From an uncultured delta proteobacterium (lineage in GTDB: Bacteria; Desulfobacterota; Desulfobacteria; Desulfobacterales; UBA2156): a stretch of 64,000 bases of DNA. Both the position numbers and the translations under genes were made by a program. This document shows positions 20,236 to 30,783 of this stretch, one piece after another. The DNA lies in assembly GCA_963736855.1 (NCBI GenBank), contig CAVTQK010000015.1:128001-192000 (forward strand). Direction: 5' to 3'. Under the pieces are notes generated by a model. It searched no databases and was not told where the DNA came from. It saw only the letters and a program-made list of their open reading frames with translations. The number at the start of each line of letters is the position of its first letter. The stretch's first letter is position 1.

Positions 20236-20406
20236 CCTCCCGCTGCGTTAACCGATCCTTACTCCATCCAAAATACGCTTCCTCAAACCGCATCATCCGA
20301 GCCTCCTGTAACCACTGTGTCCGCTTCATCAGTCCACCTCCTCGGTGACTTCATAAACCGGACAGTTTATGTGTTACAAACCCGGACAGTTTATTTGTTC
20401 TCTACA
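20236..20406 (-). mobile_element. Second left-end remnant of the ISNCY/IS1202-like element
   Basis: Near-identical to 16244-16414 in the same orientation; cut by the IS3 end at 20234. Confidence 0.88.
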
Positions 20407-20422
20407 TTAAAATGAATAACCC

Positions 20423-20451
20423 TTGACAAAGATTCTTTTATTAAATATAAT
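20423..20451 (+). promoter_or_regulatory. Consensus sigma70 promoter of sat
   Basis: TTGACA (20423-20428), 17-nt spacer, TATAAT (20446-20451). Confidence 0.85.
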
Positions 20452-20529
20452 TTTTCGCTTAAACCTTACCAAGGCTCAATCTGTGCAAACAGATCAGGGG
20501 AATAACATCATCGAAAGGAGAAAAAATCT

Positions 20530-21807
20530 ATGTCGAAACTTATCCCACCACATGGCGGCAAGGGGCTCACCATCTGCCTGCTCGAAGGAGCGGCGCTGAA
20601 GGCGGAAAAGGAAAAGGCCAAAGGGCTCAAACAGGTTCAGGTTTCTCCACGGGTCAAGGGGGACCTCATCATGATCGGGATCGGGGGATTCAGCCCCCTG
20701 ACGGGATTTATGACCAAAGCCGACTGGAAGAGCGTCTGTGACAAGTTCCTGTTGAGCGATGGTACATTCTGGCCGGTTCCCGTCACCCTGGATGTCTCCA
20801 AGGCGGATGCGGACGCCATTAAAACCGGGCAAGAGATCGCCCTGTATGATCCCGAACGCAAGGAGATCATGGCCACCATGAAGGTCACCGAAAAGTTTGC
20901 GATGACCGAAGCCGACAAGCGGTATGAATGCGAAAAAATCTTCATGGGCGAAGGAACCAAAACGGCGCAAGAATTCTGGAAAGTCGCCGAGAAAGATCAT
21001 CCCGGCGTTCAGATGGTGATGAAGCAAAAAGAGTATAATCTCGCCGGACCGGTGAAGGTGCTCAGCGAAGCGGAATATCCGACCAAATATGCCGGCGTCT
21101 ACATGCGGCCTGCGGAATCTCGGAAGATCTTCGAGCAAAGAGGGTGGAGTGAGATTGCCGCTCTTCAGCTTCGAAACCCCATGCACCGCAGCCATGAATA
21201 CCTGTGCAAGATCGCCGTTGAGGTGTGCGACGGCGTATTCATTCATTCACTGGTCGGAAACCTGAAGGCCGGGGATATCCCCGCCGAAGTTCGGGTCAAA
21301 TGCATCGATGCGCTGGTGAAGAACTATTTTGTCGAAGATAAGGTGCTCCAGGGCGGATACCCTCTGGATATGCGATATGCCGGGCCCAGGGAAGCGCTGT
21401 TGCATTCCACATTCCGGCAGAATTACGGCTGCTCCCGGATGATCATAGGACGGGATCATGCAGGCGTGGGCGACTTCTACAGCATGTTCGAAGCCCAGAC
21501 CATTTTCGACAAGATTCCCAAGCCGAAGGAACCGGGTAAAGCCCTTTTGTGTACCCCCCTCAAGATTGACTGGACCTTTTACTGCGTGAAGTGCGACGGC
21601 ATGGCCTCCTTGAGAACCTGCCCGCATAAAAAAGAGGATCGTGTACTCCTTTCCGGAACTTTGCTCCGAAAGCTCCTTTCGGAAGGCGGCAAGGTGCCCG
21701 ATCACTTTGGACGGGATGAGGTACTGGTACTTCTTCGCGAATATTACGCAGGGCTGACTGAAAAAGTGGAGATCAAACTCCACGGCGCAGCCACCGGACA
21801 AAAGTAA
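20530..21807 (+). CDS. sat: Sulfate adenylyltransferase
   Basis: [51 protein letters not shown]. Confidence 0.98.
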   Translation: MSKLIPPHGGKGLTICLLEGAALKAEKEKAKGLKQVQVSPRVKGDLIMIGIGGFSPLTGFMTKADWKSVCDKFLLSDGTFWPVPVTLDVSKADADAIKTGQEIALYDPERKEIMATMKVTEKFAMTEADKRYECEKIFMGEGTKTAQEFWKVAEKDHPGVQMVMKQKEYNLAGPVKVLSEAEYPTKYAGVYMRPAESRKIFEQRGWSEIAALQLRNPMHRSHEYLCKIAVEVCDGVFIHSLVGNLKAGDIPAEVRVKCIDALVKNYFVEDKVLQGGYPLDMRYAGPREALLHSTFRQNYGCSRMIIGRDHAGVGDFYSMFEAQTIFDKIPKPKEPGKALLCTPLKIDWTFYCVKCDGMASLRTCPHKKEDRVLLSGTLLRKLLSEGGKVPDHFGRDEVLVLLREYYAGLTEKVEIKLHGAATGQK

Positions 21808-21870
21808 AGATATTCAAATTCCGATAAGAAAAGGGGCCGCACAAAAAATACTCGTGCAGCCTCTTGAAAT

Positions 21871-21899
21871 AAAAAGGAGGCCATTCGGCCTCCTTTTTT
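21871..21899. terminator. Bidirectional intrinsic terminator between convergent sat and qmoC
   Basis: AAAAAGGAGGCC-ATTC-GGCCTCCTTTTT. Confidence 0.85.
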
Positions 21900-21918
21900 C
21901 ATGCTTTATGGCCGGCGC

Positions 21919-23067
21919 TTATTTCCTGCCTGAGTACTCGTTATAGGCCATGGCCACCGTGCGATAGACGATATGGGCGAGCTTGGAAAAAGGCGTATAG
22001 GCGAACAGACTCCATACACACATGAGATGAATGATATAAAGGAATACCGAAAGTCCTGCCAAACCTCCCAGTCGGGCCATCTGAGTGAGAAGTCCGGTTA
22101 GGCCCAGGAGTAAGACTAAAACCACAAGGTACCAATCCCAGTATCCGGACACCTGGTCCTTTTTGGAAAGCCGATTCTTAATCAGGAAGATCGAACCGAT
22201 GACCAGGGCTACCCCTCCGGCGTTGCCCAGCCATTTCACCGGATTGATTTGGGAATACGGACCTTCGATATGGAAGATCCACTCCGCGATGAAGAAACAG
22301 TTGGTCACGATAAACAGACCGATGAACCCAAAAAGAACCATCATGTGTGAGGTGGATCGTTCCCGGTTTTCGGTGCATTCGTTGAACTTTTCATGTTTCA
22401 GTATCGTGGGGATGACGGTCGCCAGGGCCTTGATAAAACCGATGGGATCGATTTTTGTTTTATCGGTTTTCCCTTCGGCAACGGCGTTTTGATGAATGTC
22501 TGTTAGAAACCGTTTCAGGCCGATGGCAAAAACACCTGCGGCAAAGGCCGCCGTCGGGAGCATGATGATGTCCACCAGGTAGTTGTTGATGTATTGGGCC
22601 TGCCAGACAAAGTCCCCTTCAGGGCCGAAGTTGAGCCAATGGATACCGAAGACTTTGAGAACCAGCCCCACTGCCAGGAAGATGGCGGCGGGAACGGCGA
22701 ATAGGATAGGAAGCATCTTCGGATCCCGGACCGCCTTGGCCAACGCTTTGGGGGTCGCATATTCCCCGATGGTGTAGGATCGAATGGCGGCCAGGACATC
22801 GCCCGGCTTGGCACCTCTCGGGCACAGGGTGGAGCAGTCTCCACAATTATGGCACAGCCAGATGTCCAGATCACGCACCAGCTTATCCTTCAGGCCCCAG
22901 GAAGCGGCGATCATTTCCTTTCGCGGAAAGGGCTTGTTGTCCGGCGAAATAGGGCAGGCCACCGAACATGTGGCGCATTGGAAGCATTTTTTCAAATCTT
23001 GCCCGCCCAGCTTGCCGACCTCTTTGATAAAATTCATGTCAGGCGCAATACGGTAAGTATTTGCCAT
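21919..23067 (-). CDS. qmoC: Quinone-interacting membrane-bound oxidoreductase subunit C
   Basis: CFQCATCSVACP, PFPRKEM, CHNCGDCSTLCP, TM region ending SKLAH; ATG 23067 best spaced from AGGAGG. Confidence 0.95.
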   Translation of the reverse strand: MANTYRIAPDMNFIKEVGKLGGQDLKKCFQCATCSVACPISPDNKPFPRKEMIAASWGLKDKLVRDLDIWLCHNCGDCSTLCPRGAKPGDVLAAIRSYTIGEYATPKALAKAVRDPKMLPILFAVPAAIFLAVGLVLKVFGIHWLNFGPEGDFVWQAQYINNYLVDIIMLPTAAFAAGVFAIGLKRFLTDIHQNAVAEGKTDKTKIDPIGFIKALATVIPTILKHEKFNECTENRERSTSHMMVLFGFIGLFIVTNCFFIAEWIFHIEGPYSQINPVKWLGNAGGVALVIGSIFLIKNRLSKKDQVSGYWDWYLVVLVLLLGLTGLLTQMARLGGLAGLSVFLYIIHLMCVWSLFAYTPFSKLAHIVYRTVAMAYNEYSGRK

Positions 23068-23109
23068 TTCCATACCTCCTGTTTTATTTGGCGATTCCGC
23101 GCGGTTTTC

Positions 23110-25446
23110 TTAGAATCCCTTGAACGGGTTGGGGCCCATGGTTTCAATGGATTCCACAAAATCGTTGATGATTTTCGGCAGCTTGTCGTAATCATCAATG
23201 GCAACTTCGAATTGAGCGACACGTTCGGTTTCCAATGCCAGGCTGGCCAGGGCATCACCGATTTTTTTCATCCGGATATCCGCCAGTTCGCTCCCCTTGA
23301 TGAAATGGCATTGATAATCATCCCCGTACTTGCATCCTAAAAGGAAAACCCCGTCCATACCCTGGGAAAGGGCGTCCTTGATCCAGATGACGTTGACGGA
23401 TCCTAAACACCTGACCGGGATAAGCCGGACGTCTGCCGAATAGGAAAAACCATTGATCCCTGCGATATCCAGAGCGGGATATGCGTCATTCTCACATACC
23501 AGACCAAGAATCCGCATCGGAGGTTCGCTGTAATCATCTGCAGACGGCACGCGGATGGCTTTCACCATGGAGCCGATGCTGTCGATGTTGTAATCGGCGA
23601 AACCGATGATGCGTTCCGGGCAAGCTCCCATGCAGGTTCCGCATCGACGACATCGGGTGGGATTCGGCTTTGGAGTCCCTTTGGCGTCGTCATCCAGGGC
23701 GCCGAAGGGGCACTCCTGGGTGCATCGCTTGCATTGAGTACATCGTTGGAAGAAAAAGTCTGGGAATGTCATGTCCCCGGATCGCGGATGTACCGAGACA
23801 CCCCGGTTGCTCGATTCAAGGCATTGAATCGCCTTTAAAGCCGCTCCTGTGGCGTCTTCCATCGATTCTTCCACGGTAAGTGCCCGACGGATGGCGCCGG
23901 CCGCATAGATGCCGGTGCGCTGCGTCTCATAGGGAAAACAGATGTAGTTGGAATCCGCATAGTCGTTGAATATGGCGTTGTCCCGGAACCCGGGGCCCTG
24001 ACGATAGGCCAGGTTTACTACCGGATCGTCTTTGGTGACCGGAACCATACCGGTACCCAGGACCACCATGTCGGCGGAGACCTCCACCTTTTCCCCCAGA
24101 AGGGTATTTTCTGCGGTCACAATAAGGTTGCCGCCGTTTTTTGAGACTTTCACCACTTCTCCCTTGGTCAAGAAAATTCCCGGATCCTGCTGGATGCTTT
24201 TGTAAAAACCCTCCGAAAGGCCGGGGGTGCGCATGTGCTGATAGAAGATAAAAGCTTTTCCGTCATCCGGGTAATCCTCGCGGACGTATTTGGCCTGTTT
24301 GAGAGCCACCAGGCTGGTCACGGATCCCGCATAGTCGAAATCCGAGTCGTCCCCTTTACCCGGGCTCTGGATAAAGACCACGGATTTGGCGGATTTGCCG
24401 TCTGAGGGTCGAACGACCTTGCCATGCTTGGCGATTTTTTCAAACTGGGCGTTGGTGACTACGTCGGGGATCTCGCCAAAGCCAAGATGGGTCAGCTCGT
24501 CCTTTGCCGGCTGATAGGGTCGCCATCCGGCGGCAAGGATCACGGCGCCGAATTTTTCGCCGTTGGGGTCAAAGGTCAGGATGTCCTGTCTGCCCTGGTT
24601 GTACTCCATGTACTTGGCATGCAGCTGCTCGGCATCCAACTCCTTTCCCTTATCGTCCACCCTCATCTCCGGAGGTAGGGGGAAGGGGACATCGAACTCG
24701 ATTTTTTCTCCGGGCTTTTTAAGTGTCACCGTGAAATTACCCGGCTCTCCGGCGATTCGAGCTACCATGGTTTCAGTCCGGACAGTGATAAGGGGGTTGT
24801 CCGAAACCTCTTGAATCTTCTTTTCCACAATAGGCGGAATCAGGTTTTCATAGGGATATCCCGTGGGAAGCTGCTTGCGCCAATGACCGGCATGCCCCCC
24901 CAATTGTTGCTCCTTTTCCACGATGGTGACTTCATAGCCGGCGGCAGCCGCATCCAGGGCTGCCGACATGCCGGTGATCCCGCCGCCGATAACCAGAATC
25001 TTACGGGTAAAGTTCTCGAGTTTAGAGGGTTCGGGGAGCGTGACCTTTTTTACGCGGGCCATCCCCATTTTCACATAGTCTTCGGCCATCATCTGGACCC
25101 GGTCAAATTTATCCGAATCGGCTTTTTCTTCTTCCGTGAGTGCCGGAAAGACCTTTCGGGGATGTGACCATACTACGCCTTCCCTCAGATTAACCCGATC
25201 CACGATGCAGCCGGGAAAACGGAAGATATCAAAATTAACCCGACGGGAGCAGGCGGCAATCACCAGCGTGTTGATTCCGGAAGTGATTTCGCTTTTGAGC
25301 AGGGCAACCCCATCTTGGCCGCAAAGAAAAGGGTGTGTCTTGTAAGGAAACTTTTCGGCCTGGGGCACCTTACTGAGTGCTTCAATATTCAGGGCATCCC
25401 CGATGCCGCACCCCGTGCAGATATAGACGCCATATTTTTTATCCAT
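23110..25446 (-). CDS. qmoB: QmoB (HdrA-like FAD/Fe-S subunit with MvhD-like C-terminus)
   Basis: VIGGGITG, CTQCKRCTQECP, CRRCGTCMGACP, CENDAYPA, VRCLGS, QCHF. Confidence 0.95.
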   Translation of the reverse strand: MDKKYGVYICTGCGIGDALNIEALSKVPQAEKFPYKTHPFLCGQDGVALLKSEITSGINTLVIAACSRRVNFDIFRFPGCIVDRVNLREGVVWSHPRKVFPALTEEEKADSDKFDRVQMMAEDYVKMGMARVKKVTLPEPSKLENFTRKILVIGGGITGMSAALDAAAAGYEVTIVEKEQQLGGHAGHWRKQLPTGYPYENLIPPIVEKKIQEVSDNPLITVRTETMVARIAGEPGNFTVTLKKPGEKIEFDVPFPLPPEMRVDDKGKELDAEQLHAKYMEYNQGRQDILTFDPNGEKFGAVILAAGWRPYQPAKDELTHLGFGEIPDVVTNAQFEKIAKHGKVVRPSDGKSAKSVVFIQSPGKGDDSDFDYAGSVTSLVALKQAKYVREDYPDDGKAFIFYQHMRTPGLSEGFYKSIQQDPGIFLTKGEVVKVSKNGGNLIVTAENTLLGEKVEVSADMVVLGTGMVPVTKDDPVVNLAYRQGPGFRDNAIFNDYADSNYICFPYETQRTGIYAAGAIRRALTVEESMEDATGAALKAIQCLESSNRGVSVHPRSGDMTFPDFFFQRCTQCKRCTQECPFGALDDDAKGTPKPNPTRCRRCGTCMGACPERIIGFADYNIDSIGSMVKAIRVPSADDYSEPPMRILGLVCENDAYPALDIAGINGFSYSADVRLIPVRCLGSVNVIWIKDALSQGMDGVFLLGCKYGDDYQCHFIKGSELADIRMKKIGDALASLALETERVAQFEVAIDDYDKLPKIINDFVESIETMGPNPFKGF

Positions 25447-25459
25447 GAATAACCTCCTC

Positions 25460-26737
25460 CTACTTTCTCACCAGGGTTTGGATCGCTTTCAGAGCCATGC
25501 CGGTTGCGTTCTGGTTCGATGAGACGACATCGGCCGGCTTGTTCGCACATCCTGCCGCGAACATGCCTCCCTTGGCGAAATCGTTGATGACAAATCCATC
25601 TTCGGTATATTTCAAGTCGGCGGGGAGTTTGGTTTGGGCGGCGGTGGGCTGCATACCGGTGGCCAGGACCACCATTTCCACGGTCTGCCTGATCTTTTCT
25701 CCCGTGACGGCGTTTTCTGCCACCACGGTGATGTTCTGGGTTGCCGGATCCTCGCCGACTTCCGCGACTTTTCCCTTGATGAAGTGAACCTTATCGTCTT
25801 CCTTGATTTTTTTATAAAAGCGCTCGTACCGGTATCCGGGCGCCCTCAGATCGATGTAAAAAATATAGACGTGGGCCTCTGGATTCCGTTCCCGGATGTA
25901 GGTGGTCTGCTTCAGAGATGCCATGCAGCAGATGTAGGAACAATAGGGAAGATGATTTTCATCCCGGGATCCGGCGCACTGGACAAAGGCGATGCTTTGA
26001 GGAACCTTTTTGTCCGAAGGTCTAAGGATTTGTCCTTTGGTCGGCCCGTTGTGCGCTGCCAGGCGTTCCATCATCATATTGGTGATGATGTTGGGATACC
26101 GTCCGAACCCGAGATTGTCGATCTTACCGGCATCGTAAGGTTCCCAGCCCGTGGCCCAGACGATGGCGCCCACATTCAACGTCAATGTCTTAGGTTTCAT
26201 GTCGAGATCAACGGCATTGTATTTGCAGGCCGCCTTGCACCGTTTGGCGTCTTCGGTGCCGATGATTTGGGGAGAAAGAACATACCGTGCGGGAAAGGCC
26301 ATTTCGAAAGGAAGATATGCACCTTTATGCCGGTCCATGCCGAAATTGTAGTCATTGGAAATTTCTGTTTCACAAGCCTTGGCACAGTCCCCGCAACAGG
26401 TGCAATTTTCGTTGATATAGCGGGGATTCAGCTTCACCGTGACATCGTAGTTACCTGGAACGCCGACTACCTTCTCGATCTCCGCCAGGGTGAAGACCTT
26501 GATGCCGGGGTTGTCTTTAATTCTCCTGAAATTGATTTCGAGGCCGCAGGTGGGCGGACACAGCTTGGGGAAATATTGATTCAGCTGCGTCACTCTCCCC
26601 CCAACATAGGGGTTCTTTTCAACGAGAAACACCTCGTACCCCACCTCGGCGGCTTCCAGAGTGGTCGTCAGGCCGCTGATGCCGCCTCCCACGACCAGAA
26701 TGCTTCCGCTTCCCGGGGCTCCTTTGTTGTCTGTCAT
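25460..26737 (-). CDS. qmoA: QmoA (HdrA-like FAD subunit)
   Basis: VVGGGISG, YFPKLCPPTCGLE, QCAGSRDE...CSYICC; lies downstream of aprA. Confidence 0.95.
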   Translation of the reverse strand: MTDNKGAPGSGSILVVGGGISGLTTTLEAAEVGYEVFLVEKNPYVGGRVTQLNQYFPKLCPPTCGLEINFRRIKDNPGIKVFTLAEIEKVVGVPGNYDVTVKLNPRYINENCTCCGDCAKACETEISNDYNFGMDRHKGAYLPFEMAFPARYVLSPQIIGTEDAKRCKAACKYNAVDLDMKPKTLTLNVGAIVWATGWEPYDAGKIDNLGFGRYPNIITNMMMERLAAHNGPTKGQILRPSDKKVPQSIAFVQCAGSRDENHLPYCSYICCMASLKQTTYIRERNPEAHVYIFYIDLRAPGYRYERFYKKIKEDDKVHFIKGKVAEVGEDPATQNITVVAENAVTGEKIRQTVEMVVLATGMQPTAAQTKLPADLKYTEDGFVINDFAKGGMFAAGCANKPADVVSSNQNATGMALKAIQTLVRK

Positions 26738-26845
26738 GCCATCCCTCCGTAATTTAGGGTGATTGGGTTATGGGTGATAGGCGACGGGCGATCCACCGGC
26801 CCGGTCGATCACCCCTCATATACCACCCATAACCGGGGATTTTAA

Positions 26846-26880
26846 CAAAAACCTCCAGGTGTCTGGCGACACCTGGAGGC
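26846..26880 (-). terminator. Probable intrinsic terminator after aprA
   Basis: Minus strand GCCTCCAGGTGTC-GCCA-GACACCTGGAGGT followed by TTTTG. Confidence 0.7.
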
Positions 26881-26913
26881 ATGTTTGCCGACTAGTTCAT
26901 AGTCGTTCCTCGA

Positions 26914-28891
26914 TTACGGGATAATCTTAATGTAGTCTTTCTTGAAGACATCCCATTTCTGTGCTTTCGGGTCGAACTTGGAGTTGACGAAGCAGAACCA
27001 GTTCTTGTCATCCTGCCCCGGGTAATCTGACTGATAGTAGAAGCCGGGATACCGGGTTTCTTTCCGGAACTGGATGTGCCGCAGATGGGATTCCACGGTC
27101 CAGATGCGGTGCAGGATTTCCCACGACCGCATCAGTTCGTGCAGGTCGCCGGCAGCCAGTTTCTGGCAGTCTTCACGCATCCATGCCAGCATCTCCATGA
27201 TGATTTCCAGGTTCTTTGAAGTCGTCATATAGTAGGTGGCCGTTCCGGCGCCGTATTCGTGGGTGGCCTTCATCATCCGGTACATCATGCCGTTGGGCTT
27301 CATGTAGTTGGGGTTGATGTCTTCGGCCGTGGTGTACTTGACATTGTCCAGATAGGTACGAACCGGTTTGTACACATAGTCGATGACCTGGTCCTTGGTC
27401 ATGGCCACTTCCGGTTTGAAGTCCGCGTGATCTTTGGCGTAGCGGACCATCTGTTTGACGGCAATCCGGCCTTCGGCATGTGAGCCCGAGGAAAACTTGT
27501 GGCCGGAGCAGCCGACACCGTCGCCGGAGGTGAAAAGTCCGTTGACCGTGGTCATGCGGTTGTAGACCTTGCCGTTGTCGGCCTTGATCTTGTAAGAAGC
27601 CGGGATCCAATCGAAATCCGGACCCGAAACCCAGAACCCGCAGCAGCCCGAGTGGGATCCGAGCAGGTACGGCTCGGTGGGCATGACTTCGGAGTTTTTC
27701 TTTTCCGGCTCCGTGTTTGTGGCGCACCACAGGTTGGCCTGGCCGCAGGTCATGTCCAAAAAGTCTTCCCAGGCTTCCGATTCCAGATGCTTGAGTTCCT
27801 TCTTGTCCATGGTCTTTCCGAGTTCGGCCAAAGCGGTCACAGTATCCATCATGATGGGTCCGCGGCCTTCCTTCATCTCGAAGAGCATCAGGTGGTTCCG
27901 CAGGCAGGTAGGGGTGACAGCGGCGGTGCCGTAAGGCGCATATTTCTGGAGTTCCTTCTTAGCGGCCTCGCTGGCGGCAAAGTTTTCGCCCAACCCATTG
28001 AGGGTCTTGGCCTTGAAGAGCAGGAACCATGCACCCACCGGGCCGTAGCCGTCTTTAAAACGCGCCGGGGTGAACCGGTTTTCCATCATGGAAAGTTCGG
28101 CGCCGACCCGCATCCCCAGGTAATAGGTGGAGCCGGAGTTCCACACCGGATACCAGGCCCGGCCTTTCCCTTCGCCGACACTCCGGGGCTGATAGATGTT
28201 CACTGCGCCGCCGCATGCGATCATGGCGGTTTTACACTTGAAAAAGTATACCTTGTTTTCCCGCACGGAGAATCCGAGTGCGCCGGCGATCTGGTTCGAC
28301 CGATTTTTATCCAGGGCCAGTTCCACGATGAAAACCCGCTCCAGGATATTGTCAGCGCCGATGGCTTTCTTGGCGGCTTCGGCGACGATGCGTTTGTAAG
28401 ATTCGCCGTTGATCATGATCTGCCATTTTCCGGTGCGGACCGGCTTGGCTCCGGATTTCAGTGTGCCCATTGTCTGGCCTTTTTTTCCGTCGAGGTTTTT
28501 GTCTTCGGCGGATTTTTTCCAGATGGGGAGCCCCCATTCCTCGAACAGGTGCACGGAATCGTCCACATAATTACCCAGGTCGAAGATCAAGTCTTCCCGG
28601 ACGATCCCCATGAGGTCGTTTCTGACCATGCGCACATAGTCATCCGGGTGAATTTTCGCCGATATAGGTGTTGATGGCGGAAAGGCCCTGCGCCACGGCG
28701 CCGCTGCGCTCCAAGGCGGCCTTGTCCACCAGAAGGACGCTCTGCTTGTCGGACATCCATTTTTTGACCTCGAACGCCGCGCCGCATGCAGCCATGCCGC
28801 CGCCGATGATCAGGATATCGACTTCGCGTTCCACAAACTCTGGGTCTCTTACGGCCTTGAGTTCCCCTTTGGGTTTGTTCGGTAATGCCAT
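26914..28891 (-). CDS. aprA: Adenylylsulfate reductase alpha subunit, interrupted by one +1 frameshift near 28647
   Basis: N-terminal IIGGGMAACG, ERSGAVAQGLSAINTY; continues in another frame as DDYVRMVRNDLMG, GKWQIMINGES, HKFSSGSHAEGR, ETRYPG; span 1978 nt = 3n+1. Confidence 0.95.
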
Positions 28892-28965
28892 TTTATATCC
28901 TCCTTCAAATAATGATACGTGATTGTTTGTTCCGCGGGTATGACACCCCACCCGTCTTTTGAGGC

Positions 28966-29403
28966 TTAAACCAGCGCTTTGGGCCTGGGCATTTTAAATC
29001 CCTCGGCTTCCTGGGTGGAAAGAAGCGGACTTTCAATGTCTTTGCCCTTCAGGTTCGCATAGTCGTTAGCCGCGCCTTCGGGCGTGGTCCGGATGGGGAA
29101 CTTGAACCGTTTGATGACACCGTTTCGGAATTTGCAGGTCCACATCACGTCTTCGGTGCCCAGCATCGGCATGACGCTGCTTCCCATGGGCACAAAGTCG
29201 GCATATCCTCTGACTTCGATGGCCTGGGTCGGGCAGATCTTCACACACGAAAAGCATTCCCAGCACTGATCCGGCTCCTGATTATAGGCTTTCATCTCAT
29301 TGGGTTCCAACACCATGAGATCATTGGGGCAGATGTACATGCATGCCGTTTTTTCCCCGCCTTTGCAGCCGTCACATTTCTCAGCTATTACAAAACTTGG
29401 CAT
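28966..29403 (-). CDS. aprB: Adenylylsulfate reductase beta subunit
   Basis: CDGCK...ACMYICP, CWECFSCVKICP, RFKFPIRTTPEG. Confidence 0.98.
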   Translation of the reverse strand: MPSFVIAEKCDGCKGGEKTACMYICPNDLMVLEPNEMKAYNQEPDQCWECFSCVKICPTQAIEVRGYADFVPMGSSVMPMLGTEDVMWTCKFRNGVIKRFKFPIRTTPEGAANDYANLKGKDIESPLLSTQEAEGFKMPRPKALV

Positions 29404-29659
29404 TTACATTACCTCCTCGTTGTTTTTGTGCAAAAATGGTTTCTTTTGCAGCTTTTTGTAGTCTTTGACTCAAATAATCCAAACGTGGTTTTTCCTTCTA
29501 CACCTCCCTTCATTTTATGCCCCTTCACGCTTTACTCGTCGGGCCGATTTGTCGGATTCCCTTTTCTGTCAGCCAAAGGGCAGGCTATGCAATGAAGATC
29601 AATTTGATTTTGATTTCAGCGGGATGGACCAATCCCTTTCCTTATACCAAGAAAAACTT

Positions 29660-29688
29660 TAACTATCATCCGGTGGAATTCTTGTCAA
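29660..29688 (-). promoter_or_regulatory. Candidate sigma70 promoter for aprBA
   Basis: Minus strand TTGACA, 17-nt spacer ending TGA (extended -10), then weak -10 TAGTTA. Confidence 0.45.
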
Positions 29689-29764
29689 GCACTTTCAAGA
29701 TAAAAAATTCATTTGGCAAACCTTGTTCAGGCGAAAGGGATCTGCCTTTGGAAGGGTTCAATTT

Positions 29765-29920
29765 TTATGAAATCGTAAAAACTCAAAATTAGGATGGCAA
29801 AGTAAAAAGCTTCAGATGCAAGGCGCGCAAATCCTGAGGAATGAGGCGTACATATGGGTACGCCGTCAATGACGAAGGATGCAGTGCAACGCAGCAGATG
29901 GACTTTTTACGAAGCCATCA
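29765..29920. repeat. MITE-like intergenic element, subfamily A, copy 2
   Basis: Near-identical to 13201-13355; ATTT on both flanks. Confidence 0.9.
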
Positions 29921-30044
29921 ATTTTTATTGACAGGTACCAGGAACCTGCTACCTCTTTAGTCAGGGCGACTGGACCAAAAAAAACATCTGTAAGGGTGCC
30001 ATTTACGTCCTGAAAACCAAAGATTGAAAAAGGTCCAAATCGTA

Positions 30045-30779
30045 ATGGATGCAAAGATGGTTACCATTGCTATGGATGAATGCTTTCGATTCTCCTGTGG
30101 AAAGGGGATATCATGTTTCGGCGTCTGTTGTCGGGATCTCAATCAGTTTCTGACGCCGTATGACATCCTCAAGATCAAAAACAGACTGAATCTTTCCTCA
30201 ACCCAATTTCTCAAGCGCTATACCCTGAGCCACACCGGTCAACGGTCCGGACTTCCGGTCATCATCTTTCGCTTCAACGATCATCCGGATTCGACCTGTC
30301 CTTTTCTATCTCCTTCCGGGTGTAGTATCTATGAAGATCGCCCCACGGCCTGCCGATTGTATCCGATTGCCAGGGCCGTTTCAAGGGATCGGGAAACGGG
30401 TGCGATATCGGCTAATTTTGCCCTCATTCAGGAACCTTTTTGCAGGGGGTTTGAAGGCAAAGGGGAGCAGAAGGTGCAGGAATGGATCGAAGACCAGGAT
30501 CTTGAACCTTACATCCGTATGAACGATCTCCTTCTGGATTTGATCGCCATCAAAAACCGAGTCCGGCCCGGTCCGCTGACGGTGGAGCAACGGCACTTCT
30601 TTCACCTGGCATTATATGACCTGGATCGCTTCCGGGTCGAAGCGGGAAAGGGGCTGCTTGAAGGGTTTTTAAAGAAAAAAGAAGCTGAAGACGCGGCCTT
30701 GATGGACGACACGGCTATATTGGAGTTGGGGCATCGATGGATGGCACATGTTTTAGCGGCACATTTTAACGAGGATTGA
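30045..30779 (+). CDS. YkgJ-family (CxxCC) cysteine-cluster protein
   Basis: FSC...CFGVCCRDL, CPFL...CSIYEDRPTACRLYP. Confidence 0.88.
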   Translation: MDAKMVTIAMDECFRFSCGKGISCFGVCCRDLNQFLTPYDILKIKNRLNLSSTQFLKRYTLSHTGQRSGLPVIIFRFNDHPDSTCPFLSPSGCSIYEDRPTACRLYPIARAVSRDRETGAISANFALIQEPFCRGFEGKGEQKVQEWIEDQDLEPYIRMNDLLLDLIAIKNRVRPGPLTVEQRHFFHLALYDLDRFRVEAGKGLLEGFLKKKEAEDAALMDDTAILELGHRWMAHVLAAHFNED

Positions 30780-30783
30780 TTCG

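Noticed and set aside
28640..28642. TGA ending the aprA 5' ORF as selenocysteine (selA is present)
   Set aside because: Read-through would not restore AprA; the continuation is in a different frame
25634..28674. Long + strand ORFs opposite qmoA and aprA (similarly opposite pnp, sat and the ABC-F gene)
   Set aside because: Antisense shadows of conserved genes with no recognisable motifs
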